A DNA stretch of 46,115 bases from a virus. Taxonomy: Duplodnaviria > Caudoviricetes. The DNA is taken from positions 1 to 46,115 of IMG/VR virus record IMGVR_UViG_3300049925_000049. One strand, given 5' to 3'. Each line of letters starts with the position of its first letter. Positions within the stretch are counted from its first letter, which is position 1. The translations under genes and the position numbers were made by a program. Below are positions 28,846 through 37,626 of this stretch, in pieces. The notes beneath the pieces are model-generated. The model saw nothing but the letters and a program-made list of their open reading frames with translations, was not told the DNA's origin and made no database searches.

Positions 28846-29557
28846 GATAGGCCTCACGCTTATAATAAGGATCCGTGTATTCAGTAGGATCAATTACTTC
28901 GGCTAAAGCGAATGCTTCCTTACGTTCAGTACAAGTTCCGCAACGGCCACAATGAACCGCTCCTCCCTTATAGCAAGACCAAGTCTTCGTAAAGTCAACG
29001 CCAAGCTCGGCCCCAAATCGGCAAATATCATGCTTGCCGATATTAATGAAAGGCGCATTAACTGCTCGATCGTTCCATTCACAGAAGCCGTAGTTGCCAT
29101 GCATAGCGGCTTCGTTAACTGACTCGATAAAGGGAGGACGACAGTCCGGGTAAATAAAATGATCTCCGCCATGCACTCCTGTCCATACACCTGCACGAGC
29201 ATCTAAAGTAACTGCATAGCCGACAGCAATAGCCAACATGATCATATTACGATTAGGCACTACTGTAATCTTCATGGTCTCTTCGTTATATAATCCGTCA
29301 GGAACTTCTACATCGGTATTAGTCAAACTAGACTTAGAAACTAAACTTTGAATGTTACTAAGATCTACAGTAGTATGACTAGCTAAGACACCGTCAGTAA
29401 CTAAGGCCGCTGCAAAGTCTAATTCCTTCTTATGTCGCTGACCATAATTAAAACTAATACCATGCACTTCAGTTTCAATATACTGCTTAACCCAGTAAGC
29501 TAGAGTGACGCTATCCATACCGCCACTAACTACAACAATTGCCTTATCCTTATCCAT
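28838..29557 (-). CDS. queC: 7-cyano-7-deazaguanine synthase
   Basis: SGGMDS, YGQRH, VPNRN, YPDCR, TWSCY…CGRCGTC. Confidence 0.96.
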   Translation of the reverse strand: MDKDKAIVVVSGGMDSVTLAYWVKQYIETEVHGISFNYGQRHKKELDFAAALVTDGVLASHTTVDLSNIQSLVSKSSLTNTDVEVPDGLYNEETMKITVVPNRNMIMLAIAVGYAVTLDARAGVWTGVHGGDHFIYPDCRPPFIESVNEAAMHGNYGFCEWNDRAVNAPFINIGKHDICRFGAELGVDFTKTWSCYKGGAVHCGRCGTCTERKEAFALAEVIDPTEYTDPYYKREAYRG

Positions 29558-29568
29558 TTTTAACCTTC

Positions 29569-31764
29569 CTAGTTGGGAATAACGTTTGCGTAAAGCCACT
29601 CTGTTCTACCAGACTTACGACGAGTAATTAGTCCTCGTTGCTCCAAAGTCATTAAAACATTTTCAGCTGCACGTGCATCCAGATGATACGTTTGCATCAA
29701 CTGGGATCTTGTAATACCTTCTGCAGACTTCTTAAGTGCACGCATAATATTTTGCAGAAGTCGTTCACTAGATGTTCTACCAATGTTCTCTACAATCTCT
29801 AGTCCACATGATCTCCAATACTCGACATAACTAAAGGCCTTAACTAAATCTCGCTTAGTGACTACAATCTTTTCTTCCATGCGTAATGCAGCTAAAAGCA
29901 CAGCTGCCTTAAGTCCTGACTTAGATAGACGATCGAACATAGGCGTCATTAAGTCAGGCAGTTTAGAAGCCAAAGCGGCTTTCATCATACTTGACTCGAA
30001 CTCATTATATTTAAGCCAAGCCTCATTAGTTAATTCTGCATCCCACTTGGCGGGAGCTTCGAGAGTCTTACCTTGAATAACAACCTGCTGTGGACGATTG
30101 TAGAACGAATGTAGCTCTTGTAACTGTTCAATAATTTCTTGGCGGCCTGCTAGAGTAGTTACTGTAGGTGGACCTAAAGGTCTAATACGGCTAAGATCGG
30201 ACTCTGCCGTAATAAAAATAAATCGCGGTAAGAAGCCGCTCGCTACATGTTCATACTGTAGTAATGACAGAATACGATCTCGAATGCCTCCAGCTAAAAT
30301 AATTAATACAGGTTCCTTTACTTCAATGACCGCCGATCGCAGAATCCTTTTCTGATACTTACCGTCATATAATTTAGTAAGAGTCTCAGCCATGCCAGCA
30401 TAGTAATCCTTCTTTGTCATCATCTCTAAGAGTCCAGAAAATTCGTCTCTTAAGAACACACTAGGCCTTGAAGTTCTAAACTGTAGTGCACCAAATAGAC
30501 CTTCAATACTACCATCTGTAGCCATTAAAGCGTCACTATCTACTTCGGCTAGGAGGTCCATAGCTAAGTCCATGGCAGTAGATTTTCTCGTTAAAGTCGT
30601 ATCTGCCAAAATCATAAACCAGACATTAGGTAAGAGAATGCCGAAAGAAGTGGGCAACCTAATTGGTCCTGCCATAACACTAGATAAAATAGTAAAGGCG
30701 CCAGCCTGATGATATTGAGGGGCTGCATCACCAATAGTCTTAGCCCAGTTCATATATTCGTCTACAAGACTTTCATAGCCTTCAATTAACTCTTTGTCCT
30801 CATTGGACAATAAGGGCTCAAGTAGTCCTGGCGCGATAGCATTCATATGCATCTCATGCTTATGATATGCTCGGCATACTTCTTTCCAAAGTTGGCTCTC
30901 TTGAATTCCGTCACGCTTATATTTATTACAGGCACTATCACGTGATACTACAAATACTTCTTCGCGTGTCATGCCTGCTTCAATACAAAACATTTCTAAC
31001 TGCCAAAGAACGCCACTCCAATCTTTCTCTGGCGGTTCACTAAATAAGTGCCAAGCAAGTGGCTGCAATCGCTTACGGTATTTCTCCATAAGTACATCTG
31101 CAGTTTCTTCAGGCATCTCACTAGCGTCAGGAAAAGGAATATCTGCCGTCGCATAGCTGGCCACCTGTGGAAGCGCTTCACGCAATTCCGCTAAGGTGTA
31201 TTGAATACCATTTACAGCTACGATCTTAATAAGCGGTCCGGCAAAAGTATTGCCGCCACCGTACTTATGATTCAAAGTAAAGGGTACTCGAAGTAGTTGA
31301 GTAAGATCCCAGCCAGATAAATCTGCACCGTATTGATTATACTTATGTGCAATACGCCTAGAAATATCTTCAGCGTCATAAGATAATGTCGGCGCCTCTA
31401 ACTTCCACAGGGCTTGGAATCGATTAGGACTTGTTTCCAGAATAAAGGTAGGCTCTTCTTCCAGATGCTTAGGATCGCATGCGTCAAGATCGGCCCAAAC
31501 AATTTGGCTATCAATACACTTTTCTTTGACTCTCTTAGTATCCGAAAGTAATGTTGTGCACCAATAGACATTATGAGTCATAGCATGACGTTGTACGAAG
31601 TCTAAAGCTAAGTCCTTTTGTTTAGGCCAACTAAAGAATTCTTCCCTGAGCTCACGCTTACCGGGAGGAATAGTGGCTAAGCATAAATACCCTTTTGTTT
31701 CTCCGAAGATAGCGTCAAAAAATAACGCCCGCTTTTCTGTCGCTTCATTACTCACTGCCAGCAT
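29569..31764 (-). CDS. Primase (RepB-like AEP)-helicase (DUF3987-like) fusion
   Basis: WADLD, ETSPNRFQALW, LLRVP.T.NHKY; RKST, DEF; C-terminal wHTH. Confidence 0.85.
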   Translation of the reverse strand: MLAVSNEATEKRALFFDAIFGETKGYLCLATIPPGKRELREEFFSWPKQKDLALDFVQRHAMTHNVYWCTTLLSDTKRVKEKCIDSQIVWADLDACDPKHLEEEPTFILETSPNRFQALWKLEAPTLSYDAEDISRRIAHKYNQYGADLSGWDLTQLLRVPFTLNHKYGGGNTFAGPLIKIVAVNGIQYTLAELREALPQVASYATADIPFPDASEMPEETADVLMEKYRKRLQPLAWHLFSEPPEKDWSGVLWQLEMFCIEAGMTREEVFVVSRDSACNKYKRDGIQESQLWKEVCRAYHKHEMHMNAIAPGLLEPLLSNEDKELIEGYESLVDEYMNWAKTIGDAAPQYHQAGAFTILSSVMAGPIRLPTSFGILLPNVWFMILADTTLTRKSTAMDLAMDLLAEVDSDALMATDGSIEGLFGALQFRTSRPSVFLRDEFSGLLEMMTKKDYYAGMAETLTKLYDGKYQKRILRSAVIEVKEPVLIILAGGIRDRILSLLQYEHVASGFLPRFIFITAESDLSRIRPLGPPTVTTLAGRQEIIEQLQELHSFYNRPQQVVIQGKTLEAPAKWDAELTNEAWLKYNEFESSMMKAALASKLPDLMTPMFDRLSKSGLKAAVLLAALRMEEKIVVTKRDLVKAFSYVEYWRSCGLEIVENIGRTSSERLLQNIMRALKKSAEGITRSQLMQTYHLDARAAENVLMTLEQRGLITRRKSGRTEWLYANVIPN

Positions 31765-31906
31765 CTAGGACCTCGCCTGTCTCTTTATCTACCATCTTAC
31801 CGCATTCACTACAAAAGTAAACATCCTCGCCGATGATACTTGTACTAGCGAATTCTGAATATAACATTTCATAACCGCAACAAATGGGTGTTTCATCTGT
31901 ATCCAT
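31748..31906 (-). CDS. 52-aa zinc-ribbon protein (not in ORF track)
   Basis: MDTDETPICCGYEM…YFCSECGKMVDKETGEVLDAGSE; fills the gap between the tRNA-like element and primase. Confidence 0.6.
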   Translation of the reverse strand: MDTDETPICCGYEMLYSEFASTSIIGEDVYFCSECGKMVDKETGEVLDAGSE

Positions 31907-31907
31907 A

Positions 31908-31976
31908 GTTCGTCGGAAGGAATCGAACCTCCTCTACTGCAGGCGAGGCAGTGTGCTACCGTTACACTACGACGAG
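31908..31976 (-). tRNA. Non-canonical tRNA-like element (nominal anticodon CGC)
   Basis: CTCGTCG/CGACGAA acceptor, D arm GTGT-AACGGTA-GCAC, ACTGC-CTCGCCT-GCAGT, T arm GGAGG-TTCGATT-CCTTC; 69 nt, no CCA. Confidence 0.7.
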
Positions 31977-31981
31977 ATTTA

Positions 31982-32443
31982 TTACGGCATCATAGATGCT
32001 GACTTACCCGCCTTCATTTGGCCCATAGGCTTAAAGGCCTTAATGTTGTTCTGCTTCTCGCCTTCGTACTGAGCATACTCAGCCGGCTTGGTCTTAAGAG
32101 TCACAACAGCACAAACATCTTGACCCATAAGTTCGGAAGTAACTTCTTCCAGGTCTAAAGTGCCGTTAGGATCTAAGCCGCTATTAGGGCAAGCGGCGAT
32201 CAATCCCTTAAGGCCGAAGAGAGCCTGCGGAAGCAAGGACGTATTAGTCCAAAGCTTTCGACCTTCAAACTCTCCGCTCTGCACAGTGAACTCCCAAGCG
32301 AGATAAAGACTGCCAGGATTCTTCGAGTTAGGTCCTGACTCCTTTACTTCGACATCGGTCACGGCGACGTGATACTGATTAGCCGGCAGCGGATCATAAC
32401 TGCTCCCGCCTTCAACATTACTGAGGTCAATAACTGTACCCAT
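31982..32443 (-). CDS. Single-stranded DNA-binding protein (DUF669-like)
   Basis: YDPLPA.QY, WEFTV..GEFEGRKLW, NNIK; adjacent to Sak4. Confidence 0.75.
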   Translation of the reverse strand: MGTVIDLSNVEGGSSYDPLPANQYHVAVTDVEVKESGPNSKNPGSLYLAWEFTVQSGEFEGRKLWTNTSLLPQALFGLKGLIAACPNSGLDPNGTLDLEEVTSELMGQDVCAVVTLKTKPAEYAQYEGEKQNNIKAFKPMGQMKAGKSASMMP

Positions 32444-32461
32444 TTACTTCTAGCTCCTGTC

Positions 32462-33250
32462 TTAATTGTGTTTGTGAATAGCAGACCAAATCTCTGCCAT
32501 GGTCGGTTCTACTAATACGGGTGGCAAGTTATTACTACGATCCTTGCACACATATTGTTCTGTAGCCGAACTTAAAAGGAGACGACTATTCTTAGTCTTG
32601 CCTTCCTGTTCAGGATCAGGCAACTCCTTGCGATACATATAAAGGCAAAGGTCTACATAGCCAGGAACTTCCTTTGCCAGCTTACCTGGCAATGAAGGTC
32701 TGTATGTAGTCTTACCAGACTTTGGATCCTTATCATCAGCCACAAGGGCAGTGAAGATCGTATTCATAGGCAGATCGCGAAATGCTCGAACAACTCTACG
32801 GATCTGTTCAGCATTCTTTCCCCACTCACGTACAGAAGGGACTTCAGGATCTCGATCAGCATCGTTCTTAATGACTTCAGCCATGATTGTCGTCATACTG
32901 ACCTTTTGCAATTCAGTAAGGGAATCAATGACGATAGTCTTAAAGGGATGATCGCCTCGGCGTAGTTCATTATAAAGTGTAGCAATATCATCCCAACTCT
33001 TAATACGTACAGACTTTACGTTAGGATAGAATGCCCTTAAGGAGAACGTACCGCCTTCGACGTCGGCAATAAGTACTGGAGACATTTCGGCTACAGCATC
33101 AGAGCTGCCTGCAAGAACAGTCTTACCAGTGCCTGACTCAGCGTAAATGATCATATTGATCAAAGCTTCGGACTCAGCTACAGAATTAATAGCCAGGCCG
33201 CCAATAGTTTCTTTCGTAAGCACTTGAGGTGTTTCAATTTTAGAGGGCAT
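32462..33250 (-). CDS. Sak4-like AAA ATPase/recombinase
   Basis: YAESGTGKT, DVEGG, IVIDSLTE, IFTAL, KDR. Confidence 0.85.
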   Translation of the reverse strand: MPSKIETPQVLTKETIGGLAINSVAESEALINMIIYAESGTGKTVLAGSSDAVAEMSPVLIADVEGGTFSLRAFYPNVKSVRIKSWDDIATLYNELRRGDHPFKTIVIDSLTELQKVSMTTIMAEVIKNDADRDPEVPSVREWGKNAEQIRRVVRAFRDLPMNTIFTALVADDKDPKSGKTTYRPSLPGKLAKEVPGYVDLCLYMYRKELPDPEQEGKTKNSRLLLSSATEQYVCKDRSNNLPPVLVEPTMAEIWSAIHKHN

Positions 33251-34337
33251 TGTTTCTCTTTTCAGGATTGAAGTATGTAGTTAATATCCATTTGTAGTCA
33301 CTGCCATCGTTCATAGCTACGCATACAGAACGCACAGGACAATTATCGCAAGAGAAAGGACTAGGACTAGGATAGATCCGAAGCTTTGGATCTAACATGT
33401 CTAGTACTTCATCGCGGATTCGGTTGCCGATCTCATTAAGTTCGTGTTGATTCCTACGCACTTCTGAACGGCGTACAAATTCTTTACCCTCACCTTTAAG
33501 GTGTAGTAAGAACTCTTCGTACAAAGCTAAGTCTTCGCCGGCCTCTTCTAATTGGGCCTTAGCAATATCATATGAACACATCTGTTGCTTATTAGTAGAG
33601 AACCTTCTGCCTTGCCGAATATTTTTAAGCTCTTCCAAAGGCTTAGGATATGCCTTAAAGATTTCGGCATAGACATTGCCTGCGATCTCAATGCCTAAGG
33701 CTTTTTGTAAAGCCCAGTTATACGAACTTAATTGTTCGTCTAACTCTAAATGACTAAGTGTGTCTCGCATGCGCGCTGTGGTCTTATGATCCCAGATCCA
33801 AACTTCTCCCCAAGGATCCTGGACTAGTAAGTCAATACGTCCTCTATAGACAACACGAGTATCCGTCCAGCCCCAGATGTCTTTAATTTCTGTAGGCGTA
33901 AAAATGTCTACCTCAAAGTCTACTTCGGTGGCAAGAGGCTTAAATCTATCGTAGCCCTTACGCTTAACGTAGTCAAAGTAATGCTTAAGCATACCAATAC
34001 CTAAATCAAGATCTTCCTCGTAGGAAACTCTATCTTGATCGTCCAGACTCTCTCTGCCAGTAAGCCTTAAGTACCTTTGCTTTTGCTTCGACATCTCGTC
34101 TTTAAAGGACGCTAGGGCGTTATTGACTAAAATAATTCTACGATCATCTTCGGTCATAAACCAAGTAGACGGATCGTAAAAGATTTCCATAGCCTTATGG
34201 AACGCCGTACCAAAAGCTAAAGGCCTAGGTGTATCAATAGGCTTATAACCTTGGCGCAGATCACTCATAACATCCCAGCGTCGACGGCATCGCTTAAACG
34301 AAAGCCGGTCACTAGTATGAATCGGAATGACTCGCAT
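33240..34337 (-). CDS. Cas4/RecB-like PD-(D/E)XK exonuclease
   Basis: FKRCRRRW, GTAFH, GRIDL, DHKT, QL..Y, CDNCPVRSVC. Confidence 0.88.
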   Translation of the reverse strand: MRVIPIHTSDRLSFKRCRRRWDVMSDLRQGYKPIDTPRPLAFGTAFHKAMEIFYDPSTWFMTEDDRRIILVNNALASFKDEMSKQKQRYLRLTGRESLDDQDRVSYEEDLDLGIGMLKHYFDYVKRKGYDRFKPLATEVDFEVDIFTPTEIKDIWGWTDTRVVYRGRIDLLVQDPWGEVWIWDHKTTARMRDTLSHLELDEQLSSYNWALQKALGIEIAGNVYAEIFKAYPKPLEELKNIRQGRRFSTNKQQMCSYDIAKAQLEEAGEDLALYEEFLLHLKGEGKEFVRRSEVRRNQHELNEIGNRIRDEVLDMLDPKLRIYPSPSPFSCDNCPVRSVCVAMNDGSDYKWILTTYFNPEKRNNAL

Positions 34338-34360
34338 ATCCCCTCTTTCTTGTGATTAGT

Positions 34361-34389
34361 ATTATATCTTAGCCTCAATGGGAAATCAA
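34361..34389 (-). promoter_or_regulatory. 17-bp-spacer promoter for the recombination/replication operon
   Basis: TTGATT-17-TATAAT; preceded by hairpin AGGCAAT-cga-ATTGCCT. Confidence 0.7.
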
Positions 34390-34406
34390 TAAGGCAATTC
34401 GATTGC

Positions 34407-34490
34407 CTACTTCTTAAGGAACCAAGATACAGCTATAACAAAAAGAATAGAACCTACCCAGACGATCATTAAGTCCCTGAAGTAAATCAT
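34407..34490 (-). CDS. 27-aa membrane peptide
   Basis: MIYFRDLMIVWVGSILFVIAVSWFLKK, ATGA-coupled. Confidence 0.4.
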   Translation of the reverse strand: MIYFRDLMIVWVGSILFVIAVSWFLKK

Positions 34491-34642
34491 TCTACAATGC
34501 CTGCCTTTTGCAGAAAGTTACCCATGTATTCCACGGCGGCGTTAAACCTTTCTTCCTTGCTGATGTCCCAATCGAGCCATTGGATGCAGTGCATCGTAGG
34601 CAAGTATTCGGCAATCTTGTTCATAGCCTCTTCTTTAGTCAT
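34487..34642 (-). CDS. 51-aa hypothetical protein
   Basis: MTKEEAMNKIAEYL…; AAGGAG SD; overlaps the helicase stop. Confidence 0.6.
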   Translation of the reverse strand: MTKEEAMNKIAEYLPTMHCIQWLDWDISKEERFNAAVEYMGNFLQKAGIVE

Positions 34643-36053
34643 TTGTATTCTCCTTTGGGAAATCTAATAGTTCCTTAATCCAAGACCACTTCATCTCGAT
34701 CGTAGCATTCTTTTGTGACTCCACTGTATCAGCGGCAATAATATCTATTACCTGTACAGCTTGTGTCTGGCCAATACGATCAACTCGGCCAATAGCTTGT
34801 TCATTAGCTGAAGGCGACCAATCTCGTTCTAGGAATACAATACGATGCGCGGCAAATAAATCAATACCTGTTCCGCCAGCTTTAATCGTACCTGTAAAGA
34901 CCTTAGCATCGCCTTCCTGAAATTGCTGCACACCTTTAATTCTATCTTCGGTAGACACTTCTCCATGTACAGTAACATAAGGCACCTTAGCCTTAGTCAA
35001 TCTGGCGTTCAGTAGTTCAATCAGTTGTCTGAAGTTACTGAATACGACCAGCTTGACATCCTCTTCTAGAGCCGTCTCAATAAGCTGCATACAAAAATCT
35101 AACTTAGGACTGGGCTCAGAAAGTAGCACCTTGCCTTCGGCATCTACGGTAGCGTAAGCTGAAGCAAATTGTAACAGACGTACTAATTTAGAGATAGCCG
35201 CTTGAGCAATAATAGGTTCCATCTCACCTGAAGTATTTTGAGATCTAACCCAGGCTACCATATCAGCCTTCATTTCCTCATAGGCCTTACGTTGACTAGG
35301 CTCTAGTTGGACTTCGAAGTCTAACGGTGGCATACGCTCGGGCATATTCTTACGCACATCTCGTAGCAGTCTACGAACGGTAAAGGGTTTAATTTTATTC
35401 TGCAGCTCTGGTACATTTTTAGGTCCAGTAACTACTTTGTACCCTTGATAAGATGTTTCGTAATTACAATACTGTTCAAAGAACTTCCAATACGAAGTCC
35501 AGTCCTTGGGGTAAAGCCAATTAAGTACTGACCATAATAGATCGGGCTTACCAGAAGTAGGCGTGCCAGTAAGAGCTGTACGATACTTCGGTTTAATGGC
35601 CTTAAGGTTACGCGTTACTTGATTCTGCCTATGCATAATCTTTTGGGCCTCATCGGCAATAACATGTAACCATTTCTCTTCTACAAGGCATTTAAAGAAA
35701 CTAAACTTGGCCGTAGAGCTTCTAGGCTTCCACAGGGACTCCCAATGCGTAATGAGGACGTCGGCATTAGAGTCTTTAAACTCTTGCCATGAGTCTTCCT
35801 TATCTTTGGGGTCAACAATGACAACAGAAAGATTCGTAGCTGTTTGAAACGCCTTGCGCCATTGAATAGTCATCGGCCCATTAAGGGTTATAACTAACGT
35901 CTTCCCTTTAGCTTGACTACGTCGATAGTCGTCAATAGCGATGGCCTGATAAGTTTTACCAACGCCCATATCGTCAAAGAAAGCCACATTGGGCAACTCC
36001 TTAAGTTTGTCCACTGCTTCCTTCTGATGAGGAAACAAATCAATCTTCAGCAT
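34635..36053 (-). CDS. SNF2-family SF2 helicase
   Basis: DDMGVGKT, ADEAQ, LTGTP, GGTGIDL, QAIGRVDRIGQ. Confidence 0.92.
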   Translation of the reverse strand: MLKIDLFPHQKEAVDKLKELPNVAFFDDMGVGKTYQAIAIDDYRRSQAKGKTLVITLNGPMTIQWRKAFQTATNLSVVIVDPKDKEDSWQEFKDSNADVLITHWESLWKPRSSTAKFSFFKCLVEEKWLHVIADEAQKIMHRQNQVTRNLKAIKPKYRTALTGTPTSGKPDLLWSVLNWLYPKDWTSYWKFFEQYCNYETSYQGYKVVTGPKNVPELQNKIKPFTVRRLLRDVRKNMPERMPPLDFEVQLEPSQRKAYEEMKADMVAWVRSQNTSGEMEPIIAQAAISKLVRLLQFASAYATVDAEGKVLLSEPSPKLDFCMQLIETALEEDVKLVVFSNFRQLIELLNARLTKAKVPYVTVHGEVSTEDRIKGVQQFQEGDAKVFTGTIKAGGTGIDLFAAHRIVFLERDWSPSANEQAIGRVDRIGQTQAVQVIDIIAADTVESQKNATIEMKWSWIKELLDFPKENTND

Positions 36054-36312
36054 CTAATAGCTCCTCTTTACAACACTCTCCGCATCTATTACAGAACCAG
36101 AGGCGAATAAAGCCGAGCTTATGAGTATCATAACTTGTATGAAAATCTTTCCACTTATACCACTTACGACAATTCTTACAGAAAAGACCTGCATCTTTTA
36201 AAGGCTGTAAGGCATCTAGCTGATCCTTAAGCTCCTCACTTAGACCACCTCCAGACTTCTTCCTACGCTTACGATACATCTTTTCGCGGTACGCAAAATC
36301 AAAGTCACTCAA
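36040..36312 (-). CDS. Zinc-finger hypothetical protein
   Basis: CKNC and CNRC pairs. Confidence 0.55.
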   Translation of the reverse strand: MSDFDFAYREKMYRKRRKKSGGGLSEELKDQLDALQPLKDAGLFCKNCRKWYKWKDFHTSYDTHKLGFIRLWFCNRCGECCKEELLDAED

Positions 36313-36550
36313 GGCTTAACCCTTTCTTTTGTGCCCAAAGATTCTCGAAGAAGGCATCGGTAATAGCTACATCAATAACTTTACGTCCGCAGACACAAAG
36401 CTCCAACTCAATATGGCCTTGCCGCAAATGGTAATAAACTAACTGCGGCTGAATATTTCTAAGCCTACCATATTCTCTTGGCGTCAGCTTACCAACTTCA
36501 GCAACCTGATCTTCTAATTCCAACCTTTCGAGATCGCTCTCGCTAATCAT
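36305..36550 (-). CDS. MerR/Xis-like HTH DNA-binding protein (paralogue 1)
   Basis: LTPREYGRLRNIQPQLVYYHLRQGHI…GRKVID. Confidence 0.7.
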   Translation of the reverse strand: MISESDLERLELEDQVAEVGKLTPREYGRLRNIQPQLVYYHLRQGHIELELCVCGRKVIDVAITDAFFENLWAQKKGLSLE

Positions 36551-36564
36551 CTATAAACCCCTCT

Positions 36565-36649
36565 TTAACTCGGTATAACAATAGTCTAACAAGATCTACA
36601 CGAGCCTCATAGATACTTAATACGCTCGCTTATAAACTCGTAGATTAAC
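36565..36649 (-). repeat. 85-bp non-coding element, copy B
   Basis: Same ungapped blocks as 23283..23367 in opposite orientation; starts right after a -10 box. Confidence 0.8.
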
Positions 36650-36680
36650 ATTATAGAAAATCGGGCCTGTGGGAAATCAA
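36650..36680 (-). promoter_or_regulatory. 19-bp-spacer promoter
   Basis: TTGATT-19-TATAAT. Confidence 0.7.
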
Positions 36681-36682
36681 GA

Positions 36683-36973
36683 TTACGAATCCCTTAAATC
36701 TCTTTTGACCGCATCTTCTACTACGCGACGACCGTAAGCTTCATAGTCCGCCGAACGCTTTGCAAACTGTTGTGGCCCTGCCTTACGTTCCGCAATCTCT
36801 CCGTTGGGCAATACTTGCACAAGCCAAGGCGTATCACTCCATTCGCAGCGAGTATTTCTACAGTAAATATAATGCATAGTAGCACCTCCTGGAAGCCTGT
36901 CTTGCTTTAAATCCTCTCCAGGCAAATTACACTTAGGGCATCTCCGAGCCGCTTCTAAAGTCGTATCAGCCAT
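36683..36973 (-). CDS. Zinc-ribbon hypothetical protein
   Basis: CPKC…CRNTRC. Confidence 0.6.
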   Translation of the reverse strand: MADTTLEAARRCPKCNLPGEDLKQDRLPGGATMHYIYCRNTRCEWSDTPWLVQVLPNGEIAERKAGPQQFAKRSADYEAYGRRVVEDAVKRDLRDS

Positions 36974-37370
36974 TTAGAGCCTCCAACATTGCTACCTTAT
37001 TTTCTAGGTCACTAAGTCGAGCCAGCATCGCTCGCTGAGCCTGATATACTTCTTCCATGGAAACTTTTTGTCCTACAGGCTTAGCTGCTTGCATAGCTGC
37101 CCACAGTTCTTCCGTAGGCTCTTGTAATAAGAACCATACCGAACCTTGACCGCCTCCGCCGCGACGAGCTTGACGAACACAATCCATATCCTTTAGAGCC
37201 TTCATAACCGAACTATAGTACGGATTAGATAAGCCTACAGAATTAACAAGCTTAGTACCTGAACCTTCAAAGTAAAGATTACCTTCGGCATCTTGCTTTG
37301 CTTTAGCTACCATTGTGTCGTACACTGTAGCGCAATGCCCTAACATTGCCGGACCAACTAAATTACTCAC
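36966..37370 (-). CDS. Putative winged-helix DNA-binding protein
   Basis: GLSNPYYSSVMKALKDMDCVRQARRGGG wHTH-like segment; C-terminal coiled coil. Confidence 0.5.
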   Translation of the reverse strand: MSNLVGPAMLGHCATVYDTMVAKAKQDAEGNLYFEGSGTKLVNSVGLSNPYYSSVMKALKDMDCVRQARRGGGGQGSVWFLLQEPTEELWAAMQAAKPVGQKVSMEEVYQAQRAMLARLSDLENKVAMLEALNG

Positions 37371-37578
37371 TAGGAAATCCCCTCTCGAGATCTAACCGCA
37401 TCTTAATAGAACCTGCTGCCTTAAATTGCTTACGTAATCCATATCGAGACCAATGTGCCTCTGGATCACTTTCATTTGTTAACCCCTTAACTTCCTCCTC
37501 AATACCTTGACACCACATTTCAATAATGTCACTAAGATACTCGGCCTCTTCATTGCTTAACTCAAGAGATACCATCAC
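37363..37578 (-). CDS. Hypothetical protein
   Basis: AAAGGAG SD, directly after a promoter. Confidence 0.6.
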   Translation of the reverse strand: MMVSLELSNEEAEYLSDIIEMWCQGIEEEVKGLTNESDPEAHWSRYGLRKQFKAAGSIKMRLDLERGFPSE

Positions 37579-37595
37579 CTCTCCTTTCTACTACT

Positions 37596-37626
37596 ATTAT
37601 ATAATAAGGGGCCATTAGGAAATCAA
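37596..37626 (-). promoter_or_regulatory. 19-bp-spacer promoter
   Basis: TTGATT-19-TATAAT. Confidence 0.7.

Noticed and set aside
33240-34337. Cas4-like gene as part of a CRISPR-Cas system
   Set aside because: No cas1/cas2 or repeat-spacer array; it sits in the usual exonuclease-Sak4-SSB recombination module
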